DNA of 64,000 nucleotides from a virus (lineage: Duplodnaviria; Caudoviricetes). The stretch spans positions 256,001 through 320,000 of IMG/VR virus record IMGVR_UViG_3300021255_002539. The stretch is one strand, 5' to 3'. The notes below the pieces were generated by a model that was not told the origin of the DNA, searched no databases, and saw only the letters and a list, made by a program, of their open reading frames with translations. Below are positions 40,777-48,859 of this stretch, in pieces. Made by a program: the position numbers and the translations under genes. How positions within the stretch are numbered: position 1 is the stretch's first letter; each line of letters begins with the position of its first letter.

Positions 40777-41073
40777 TCATCTGATTATTGGTGTGTCTGG
40801 TGTTGGCTCTTCGGAAGGTTCGCTTCCCTTTGGTGGATATTTCCTCGCAAGTTCCCTTGCTGTGAGCATGTCGTCCTCTTCGTGGTAGCCTTCAGATGCG
40901 TACATTATCTTGCAGAGTCTGGGCAACAAATTCTCAGGCTTGTACCCACCCGGGTAGTCCCCCTCGCATTGGGCAGCAAGCCGCAACTCCCGATCTATTT
41001 GACGCAGGGTATATGCCATCGAAAGTGCCTTGTCCCTCATGCTTTCGTACCGTAGTTTCTCTTCGTCTGTCAT
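40777..41073 (-). CDS. Hypothetical protein
   Basis: ORF directly after TTGAAC-18-TATAAT. Confidence 0.6.
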   Translation of the reverse strand: MTDEEKLRYESMRDKALSMAYTLRQIDRELRLAAQCEGDYPGGYKPENLLPRLCKIMYASEGYHEEDDMLTARELARKYPPKGSEPSEEPTPDTPIIR

Positions 41074-41080
41074 GTCTATA

Positions 41081-41257
41081 TTATACCACATTTGACTTCG
41101 GGTGTTCAACCCTCACCCGGAATATCGTGGGTCTCGTGGCTTCGTCTGGGAATTCCAATCTGAATTGGGATACTGCGTCCTCGTATGTGTTGACCTCGTA
41201 CTTTCGGCTCTGCTCCTTGTCATCTTCTTGCTTGAAGTGGAACTCAACGATCTCCAT
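41081..41257 (-). CDS. Small hypothetical protein, 58 aa
   Basis: MEIVEFHFKQ.. fills the gap after the Pth2 gene; AGGGGG SD. Confidence 0.5.
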   Translation of the reverse strand: MEIVEFHFKQEDDKEQSRKYEVNTYEDAVSQFRLEFPDEATRPTIFRVRVEHPKSNVV

Positions 41258-41848
41258 TCAATTTCCCCCTTGCTTGTCGAACGCCCCGTAAAGCTTGAAT
41301 TTCTTGCTTATCTTGTGCGCATCATCGTCCTTGAGGGGCTTGAACCACATACCAACTGTGCAGGTTCCATCTGGGTTCTCTGGCGTCAAGTCAGTCTTGC
41401 AGTGGTCGTTGATGTAGCCATAATCTACACCTTCTACCAGACCCAGTTCCTTGATGGGTTCCTCTGTCTTGGACTTCAGTTGCTCCAGGTTCTTGGCCTC
41501 GCAAATGGTCTTGGTGAAGATGTCGTTGATGTAGCCCTCCCAGATGTCCTTTTGGATTTCAACTGTGACGCTCACTGTATTCCTTGGAAACTGCGTCTTG
41601 ACCTTGAAGTACTTCTCCCCGGCCTTGAACGCCTCCTCTGCCTTCTTGCAGACATCTGGGTGCTTGTATGTGGCTGGCCGACCAGGACGCCACGGATCTT
41701 CTGACAACAGGGTGTCGAACTCGTTGTCCTGCACATTGCCCGACTTCAACATGTTGGTGAAGAATGCCTCTGCGCAATGTCCAACCATTGCAGCCAGTTT
41801 CCCTGGCCTCAGATGAAGGTCTTTTCGGATTATGAATATGCGTCTCAT
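41258..41848 (-). CDS. Peptidyl-tRNA hydrolase, Pth2 type (with central insertion)
   Basis: IIRKDLHLRPGKLAAMVGH, FTKTI, INDHCKTDL, T.TVGM..P, I...F..Y. Confidence 0.8.
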   Translation of the reverse strand: MRRIFIIRKDLHLRPGKLAAMVGHCAEAFFTNMLKSGNVQDNEFDTLLSEDPWRPGRPATYKHPDVCKKAEEAFKAGEKYFKVKTQFPRNTVSVTVEIQKDIWEGYINDIFTKTICEAKNLEQLKSKTEEPIKELGLVEGVDYGYINDHCKTDLTPENPDGTCTVGMWFKPLKDDDAHKISKKFKLYGAFDKQGGN

Positions 41849-41863
41849 AGTGGTTCAATTATA

Positions 41864-41898
41864 CAAAAATCTACACTAGGCGCGAACCTAGTGTAGAT
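41864..41898 (-). terminator. Terminator directly 3' of the tRNA
   Basis: ATCTACACTAGG-ttcgcg-CCTAGTGTAGAT-TTTT, 12-bp perfect stem. Confidence 0.8.
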
Positions 41899-41901
41899 AA
41901 G

Positions 41902-41980
41902 TGGCTGATCCACCTCCTTTGCCACGGAGGACCCAGCGGGTTAGAGCCGCTTGTGCTATTAGGCATTACACTATGGATCA
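41902..41980 (-). tRNA. Amber suppressor tRNA (anticodon CUA), probably Gln-accepting, with non-canonical D and T loops
   Basis: TGATCCA-TA-GTGT-AATGCCTAATA-GCAC-A-AGCGG-CTCTAAC-CCGCT-GGGT-CCTCC-GTGGCAAA-GGAGG-TGGATCA-G-CCA: all four stems pair and CCA is encoded. Confidence 0.92.
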
Positions 41981-42006
41981 ATTGAAACTGTCTCGTTTCT
42001 CATTGC

Positions 42007-42019
42007 CTTCAATTATACG
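42007..42019 (-). promoter_or_regulatory. CGTATAATTGA -10 element for the tRNA (recurring class lacking a clear -35)
   Basis: TATAAT at 42012-42017; same context at about 3011, 19359, 24749, 28882, 29375, 33498, 41858, 54747. Confidence 0.6.
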
Positions 42020-42030
42020 AAATCCCAACA

Positions 42031-45000
42031 TCAGAAATCGCCCAAATCGACAGCATCAGAATCTTGCATCTTCACCGTGTTGTCTGGGGCCATGGATGGC
42101 GCGTTCTGAATCACCATTGCGCTTCCTACTGGTATCTTGTTCACTTCCTCCACATACTCCTAGAGGTTTCCATGTAGTCCGACTGCCGTCTCCTTGACCT
42201 CGGTGAATGTCTTCTCTGAAATCTTGTCTCCACGTATCAAGGCCAGCTTCAACTCCCGTTCCTCCCTGGGCAGTTTTGCGATTCTGTTCTCTGCCTCTTG
42301 CTTGATGTTGTTCACATCGTCGCCCAGTGACTTCAAGTCCTCGTCAGTGACCTTCCCAGGATCCTCAATCAACTTGCCGAGTATAGTTTCGTAGTTCTGC
42401 TCCTGCTTTTTGATTGCCTCCGCCGCCTTGATCTTCGCTTCCGCTATTACCAATGCTTCCTTGCGCTTGGCTTCCTCCTTGAGTTTCCTCTCGCGTTCCT
42501 CCTTTGCCTTGCGCTCCTCCTCTGCTTTTCTTGCTGCCTCTTTTGCCTCCCTCTGGCGGCGTTCCTCCTCTAGCTCTGCCATCGTCTTTGGTGGTTCCAA
42601 TGGGGTGGCGTTGTCGGCAATCTGACCAGGTTTCTTGACAATCGACTGACCTTGCATCTGCGAGGATATTCGCTTCTTGCGCTCGTCTCCGAACGCCACC
42701 CACACCTTCTTGAGTTGGTCCAGGTATCTGATGTCGCCCGTGAACTTCGCCTCGTACTGTGCCTTTTGCATCAAGGGTTGCAGGAGGTCTATGTTCTTCT
42801 GCAGTTCGACATCTGTCATTTCAGACATCTTCCCCCACAGACCAAACCACGTCTTCAGTATGGTGTCCTTCTCCTTGTCGTTGGGAATTCCCAGGCTTTT
42901 TCTGTACTCATCGAGTTTCTTGCGTTGTTTAGAGTTCGCGTTCGAGTAGTCGATGAGCCTCAGTTCCATGTTCGGGAATCTGAGGTACTTCTTCATGAAT
43001 CCAAACAGAAGTGGGGGTCGGAACAGAATCAGGAGTTTGTTGATCGAATCGTCGAGTGCCTGTTTGGACTTCTTGTCCCTGTTCGTGATGAAGTTGCCCA
43101 GTGCGTCCTCCACCCTGTTCCACTGGGGGATTATCTTGAAGGAAATGTACTCCAGGAAGATTTGAGCGAAGGCCCTCTGGGATGGGAGGTCGTGGAACAT
43201 ATTCTTCCAATCGAACCCCCGTATGTTGACGAAGTTGAAGAAGTTCCATGCCAGGCTGGCCAGAGGGGTTGTCTGGATGTCGTCCCCAAAGTCCTTGTCG
43301 AATTTCTTGATTATCTTGTTCTTGACGAAGAACTCTATTATTGGGATGGCGACTTGGATGCTGTTGTGTATTTGGCCAGACGAGAACAGGTCCAGTACGC
43401 CTCCATCGAACATCAGGCTCCTGACATCGCCGTATCTTATCCCAAATGCGGTAATGTCCTTCACCTTCTGGAGGATCCGCATGGTCTCGTACATCCTCTT
43501 GGACTTCCTGGAGGCGGCCTTGGCCTTGTCCAGAATCCCATCCTCTGGCTTGGCGTCGTACTTGCTCAGGTTCTTGTCGTAGTTCAAGAACCGTTCGATG
43601 CCCGCCTGACCCTTCTGAACTGGCTTCTTGAATGCTGACGAGATTTTCGAGACGATGTTCTTGTTGATTTGAATGGAATCCTCGATGCCGAAGGCCAGTC
43701 CAAACTTGGTCTCAACCTGGGTGTTCGCGTTCTCAAGCGAGTTGTTTTCGTCGGTTATCTCGCCCTTTTGGAGTCTGGTGTAGAAGTCTGTGAACCTGTT
43801 CTTGAATATGACGTTCCGTTCAACATCGTACCCACCAACATCGTGGTCGGCCAGTGCAGAGTTCCATTGCTTCCATTGCACCGCATAGTCTGCTATGTCG
43901 AGTTCCTTGGACTTGGTTGGATCCCAGAAACTGGGCTTGCCCAGGTCCTTGCACACGTTTTCGTATATCTCCCTGATGGCCTTCGCCCTGGCCAGTTCGT
44001 ATAGAATTGGGTGCACAGATATCTTCGCCTTGTTCTGCATCCATGTGAATGGCAAGAACCCAGTTGATGTGGTCTCGGCCTCTGCTGGACTGCCGAAGTA
44101 TATGTCTGGGGTCTGGTGTATGGACTCGAATGGGTTCAGTGGTATTATCGTCCTCAAGTCGCTGGCCATCACCCGATATCCAGGGTTCCATCCACTCACT
44201 GGGTCGTACAACAGACCCTGGACATTCTTGAACCTCTGGGACTTGCTGAGTTCGGTTATGTAGATGTCGAGTGCTTGAATCTGTGGCTGGATCGTCTCGG
44301 CGATCTTCCTGGCCTTCAGTTCCTTCAACTTCCTGCCCCTCTCCCTGGCAGCCGCGAATGGGTTGTACAACAAGGGTTGGTTGGCCTTCCATTCGTCCAT
44401 GTGCTAGTCGAGTTCCTGGCTGATGGTTGTCATGTTGGCGTTCAACCTGGCCAGAAGGTCGTTTGTTCCCCTTTCCTTGAGCCTGTTCTCTGTCTCCTCC
44501 CTGGTCGTCTTCTCGTCTACGGCCTGCTCCTGAATCTCCTGCGCCTTGCTGAACGACTTGGAGTACCGCATGTCCACGCTTCGCATTATGGCTCCACGTG
44601 GGATTCCACCTTGGAGCGTGGACTTCGACTGACCCTTACCTGTCTATAGCCCTGGGATGTTCACCATCTGGTTCTTGAAGGTCTTCACGCCCCTGCCAGC
44701 CTTCTTCAGGGCAGCCATGTAGACATTTATCTGACCCTTGGAGTCAGCCATCATGTCCTGGACATTGTTCTGCATCGCCCTCTCTGCGTCTGCCTTCTTG
44801 TTGTTCCAGTGGAGCATCACTTGGGTCGAGATGAAGGTGATTATGGCTGGTATGAGCTTGACTATGAACGACAGTATTGGTCCGACCCCGGGGACAATGC
44901 TCAGAACCCAACCCAGAATCTTGGCCAGTACCCCACCAGCAGATTTCCTCACTACGCCAATCAACCATGCGCCAAACAGCTTCCTCATGGTGTTCCTGGT

Positions 45001-46683
45001 CTCTATTCCATCTCTGATGGCACCCTTCTTTCCGAACAACTTCTTCTTGATGCCCTTGAAGAACCCAGACAATCTGTCGATGAAGTTCCTCAGACCAACA
45101 GTGACGAAGTTGTATATCCCCAGACCAATTGACTTCAGTGTACTCCATCCAGGTATTGGAACCCCGAATATCGTCATCTATGAACCATCGTTCTTGGGCA
45201 TGTACGCCTATGACCACTTGTTCAGGGCGAATCTGGTCAGACCTATCAGAATCAACGCTCCCAGGGCGAACACCATGAACTTCCCAATGCCACCAAAGAA
45301 CATTCCAAGCAGGGCATTGGCCTTCGCCTTTGCCTTCAACATGAATATCTGCCTTTGGGTCTTCTTCAAGTTCTTGGCTATTTCAGACTCCCCCTTGTCG
45401 ATCTTCTTCATCTGCTGGCCCAACCCCTTTTGGATTGCGTTGTAGTTTGGGGAGAACGCATTCACGAACTTCTTGTTTTGCAGTGTCTTCTGGAGGTTGT
45501 TGTGTATCTTGCCCAATGTGGACACTACGCCAGCTCTGGTTATGGAACCACCTTCAGCCCCAGGTTCCCGAATCGCACTGGGCAATTGGGTGTCCTCTGT
45601 TGGGCCGTGTGGTTGACCCAATTGGTGTACATGTCCACATATTGGGCAAGTGCACAGACCATTTGACGCCTTTTTTGTTGGGGACACATCAATCTTCGAC
45701 TGCTTTTGATCCACCTCTGGAATCTTTGTCTTCTCCAGACCCTTGGATTCCTTCGCAAAGAGGGATATGTCGTTCTGGATTTCCTTCTCGTATTGCTTCT
45801 GTTCCTTCTCCAGTTCCCTCCATTGCTTCCCATCCTGTTCCACAACTTCTGGCTGTGTCTGATCAATTCCCCCAATTTGATTACTACCCTCGATTTCACT
45901 TACCAGTTTTCTGAGGTCAATCTGTTTTGGTGGCTTGTTGTCCTGTAACTTGACTTTCTGACCTTGTTGAATTGCCTTGTTCAACTGGTCTATGCTGGAC
46001 GAGATGCCCTGTTCAACGTCTCCAGACAAGTCCAGTGTCTTGAGCATGGACTCAATCTGGCTCAATCTCTCCAGTTTCCATTGCTCGTCCTCGTCAGCCA
46101 GATTCCCCAATGCGTCTACTGTGCCTTGACCCTGCTCGGTTAATGTCTTGTTGAGGTTGTCGATGTCCTGTTGCTGACCTTCCTTGGACTTCGCCCATTC
46201 CAGTTTCCTTCTCTCGTATTCCCTAGAGAGGTTCAGCCTAACCTGTAGAATGGCCGTCTGAAGTTCGTCCATGAAGTCCAGCACCACCTGCATTATGTCG
46301 CAGTTGTCTGGCGTGAGTGTCTTGAGGACGACTTGCTTTGTCGTCTGCGACACCATGGCGGAATCCACATTCTCTGGGGTGAGATTGGCTTGATTTGCCT
46401 TTATCACTTCTGAGATTTTGTCGACAGTCTTGGAGTCTTTGACTATGTTCAGAAACTTCTCGTCAAGCGACCGATAGATGGTCCTAGGCAAGTATTCAGA
46501 ATTTGCGCCCTATTGGGTCAATGCGCCCTGTGTAAAGTCGTCGAACAGCCTGCCGAGTCCATTGTAGATGTCCTGCATGTGCTTTGTGGAGGACACTGGC
46601 TCCACGCCACCAACAAACGAAGTGAAGTTCTTCGTTGCTGAATTGGCTACTGCCTACAGGTCTTGTGTTTTTGGCTAGGACAT
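42031..46683 (-). CDS. Large helical protein, 1550 aa (8 TAG), tape-measure/baseplate-hub-like
   Basis: Four ORF fragments are in one frame; TAG at 46675, 46654, 46510, 45208, 45178, 44644, 44404, 42160; coiled coils and a central hydrophobic/amphipathic region; GTAAATA upstream. Confidence 0.75.
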
Positions 46684-46708
46684 TATTTCACGGTTCTGTC
46701 ATTATCGG

Positions 46709-46715
46709 TATTTAC
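46709..46715 (-). promoter_or_regulatory. Putative late promoter GTAAATA (representative copy)
   Basis: Also at 538, 1150, 4666, 7460, 10173, 14511, 15534, 28934, 47677, 52592 (-) and 7485, 48831 (+); each lies upstream of, and oriented towards, a gene start. Confidence 0.65.
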
Positions 46716-46734
46716 CATTTCTGGGTAGGGGAAA

Positions 46735-46766
46735 ACGAAAACGACCCCGAGGTTGAGGTCGTTTCG
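46735..46766 (-). terminator. Hairpin terminator
   Basis: ACGAAAACGACC..GGTCGTTTCGT. Confidence 0.55.
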
Positions 46767-46794
46767 TCATGTTGTTCTGGATTCTGAATTGGGA

Positions 46795-47646
46795 TTATGG
46801 CAAGGTAGTTGCCTGTGGATGCATTGAGTCAATGGACACCCAGTTCTCTCCGAAGTTGTCGTTGTTCTCTTCGTCGTCCTCGTAAGGTTCGTCTGCCCTT
46901 GGAGTAGACACCCTCTTCTTTGGTTCAATATCCTTGAATGTATCTTCGTCGTCAGAATACAAATCCAATCGCTCATCGTCAGGTGTCAAAGGTTTTGCCT
47001 TTGGAATGGACACCCTCTTCTTTGGTTCAATATCCTTGAATGTATCTTCATCGTCAGAATACAAATCCAATCCTTCATCATATGGTTCGTTTGCCCTGGG
47101 GTCGAGTGACACCGTCTTGAATGTGCTTGGATCGTAGTGGAACTTGGCGCAAATCGCCTCAATCTTGTTCTGACCCAATTCTGCGTGCTGGAACACCTGT
47201 GCTGCCTTGATGTCGTCTGTCCACTCAAGCTCACCCTTGTTCAGACCTTCGTCGCTCTTCAAGTAGCCGTGCATGTCAAGGTCGTCGTCGTCTATGCGTA
47301 TCACGACTTCCTCGGAGATGTCGCCATCGTCAGCACTCTCCTGCTTCACCTCGTCGTTGTTCGTTGCCAACAACGCTCCATCAAGTTTCTTCGGATCCTT
47401 CTTGAGATTGTCAAGGGTTTTTTGGTCAACCCCCTTGTCAAGTAGGATTTTCTTCTTCTGGTCGTCCGTGAGTGAATCCGTTGAGATTTCAATGGTGTTT
47501 TCGCCATCTTCCTTCACTATGTCTGTCTTGTCGTCCTTTACCACATTGTCGTTAGCCTTTATTTCGGTGTTTACGATGCCCTTCTCAAGCATTTCCTTGT
47601 CAAGTGCCTCGTTCATCTTCACCAGTTTGTCAAAATACTTTCCCAT
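46795..47646 (-). CDS. Acidic hypothetical protein with internal repeat
   Basis: 283 aa; GAGG SD; GTAAATA upstream. Confidence 0.7.
   Translation of the reverse strand: MGKYFDKLVKMNEALDKEMLEKGIVNTEIKANDNVVKDDKTDIVKEDGENTIEISTDSLTDDQKKKILLDKGVDQKTLDNLKKDPKKLDGALLATNNDEVKQESADDGDISEEVVIRIDDDDLDMHGYLKSDEGLNKGELEWTDDIKAAQVFQHAELGQNKIEAICAKFHYDPSTFKTVSLDPRANEPYDEGLDLYSDDEDTFKDIEPKKRVSIPKAKPLTPDDERLDLYSDDEDTFKDIEPKKRVSTPRADEPYEDDEENNDNFGENWVSIDSMHPQATTLP
46911..47070. repeat. Intragenic direct repeat (about 58 bp, period 102)
   Basis: LDLYSDDEDTFKDIEPKKRVS twice, near-identical DNA. Confidence 0.85.
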
Positions 47647-47691
47647 GTTATAACCTCTTTGGTTTAATTGTATTTGTATTTACCATTACAT

Positions 47692-48804
47692 TCATCGAAA
47701 TGGGGTCATTGCGTCGGCAACCACCTTGAACAACTTGTTCCTGGTGTCTGAATCCTGAAATTCCATCAGCCCTCTCGCCATCTTGCAGAACTCCCTGTCC
47801 GTCATTATGTCAATCAGAAAGTCAGTGGCATCTACATTGTGCAAGGTGCAGTCCAATTCAAACGACTCGAACACCCCATCTGCAGACTTCAACCAATCAT
47901 CCACCAACAGAGTCGACAACCCCTTTTTGTCCAGTTTCTCGTAATTCTCGTTCCAAATGCGGTCGATCTTCTCCTGATTGAACAACTTGTATGTCCCACC
48001 TGTTGCTGCCAACTTGTCTTGTTCGTTGCATAGTTGGTTCCAAGCCATCATCTTCACGCGGTTGGTGTATATTCCCCTTTCGTCTGCCAGGATGTGCTTG
48101 ATGAGCAATTGAGGTGGGTTTAATTCCCTCCCAGGTTTCCATGTCCCACGCAATCCAACGCCCATCTTGGTGAACTTGGACAGAAACTCGAAGTACTTGG
48201 AGAGGTTGCCTACCATGACGATGTGCTCTGCCTCTGACAACTCCTGGAAGAACTTGGGGTTCAGCATCTCGGGGAGGAACAACGAGTAGCTGAAGTCAAT
48301 CTGGTCCTTGTCCTTGGTGTCCATGAACTTCTGGATTCTGCCAACAATCATCTGCCTCAAGGTGATCTTCCTTTGCAGAACCAACATATCCTGATCCTTG
48401 ATGTTGTTGCCGAGCATCGTGAGGGGGTTGTTCAGCAGATCGAATCCCTGCATGCCGTGTTCTGTGAGGAAGTTGTCGTATTCGTCCTGCAATTGGGTAG
48501 ACCCACCATCCATCTGGTAGTTGAAGTACAGTCTGGTCACACGAGGCAGGGCAGGAAGGCAGTTGTAGAGCCTTTGCCTGAAGTCAGAACTGAATTGCTC
48601 CAGAACATCCAACTTGAACAACCAATAGGCGCAAGTGGAGAGCCTGACGGCATCGAACAGAATATCGTCGTCAACCAGGGCGCAGTTCAACTCAACCACA
48701 TCTGGTGTAGTCGTCTGTGGCATTATGATGGCATCCAAGTCCAAGGGACATTGAATATAGTCCCTTGGATTCGGTGGTTTCTGTCTTTGACCTTTCTTTG
48801 CCAT
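47692..48804 (-). CDS. Hypothetical protein
   Basis: About 370 aa ORF, start uncertain. Confidence 0.7.
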   Translation of the reverse strand: MAKKGQRQKPPNPRDYIQCPLDLDAIIMPQTTTPDVVELNCALVDDDILFDAVRLSTCAYWLFKLDVLEQFSSDFRQRLYNCLPALPRVTRLYFNYQMDGGSTQLQDEYDNFLTEHGMQGFDLLNNPLTMLGNNIKDQDMLVLQRKITLRQMIVGRIQKFMDTKDKDQIDFSYSLFLPEMLNPKFFQELSEAEHIVMVGNLSKYFEFLSKFTKMGVGLRGTWKPGRELNPPQLLIKHILADERGIYTNRVKMMAWNQLCNEQDKLAATGGTYKLFNQEKIDRIWNENYEKLDKKGLSTLLVDDWLKSADGVFESFELDCTLHNVDATDFLIDIMTDREFCKMARGLMEFQDSDTRNKLFKVVADAMTPFR

Positions 48805-48859
48805 TTGCCACATATATTGTACAACAAATGGTAAATACAGGAAAGGAAAGCGAGAAAAC

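Noticed and set aside
41902-41980. tRNA-Pyl (also CUA and lacking D-loop GG and TPsiC)
   Set aside because: It has a 5-bp anticodon stem, 2-nt acceptor-D linker, 11-nt D loop and U1:A72, unlike tRNA-Pyl; no pyl genes are seen; TAG contexts indicate Gln.
46911-47070. CRISPR-like repeat
   Set aside because: Only two copies, in frame within a CDS; no cas genes and no spacer array seen in the window.
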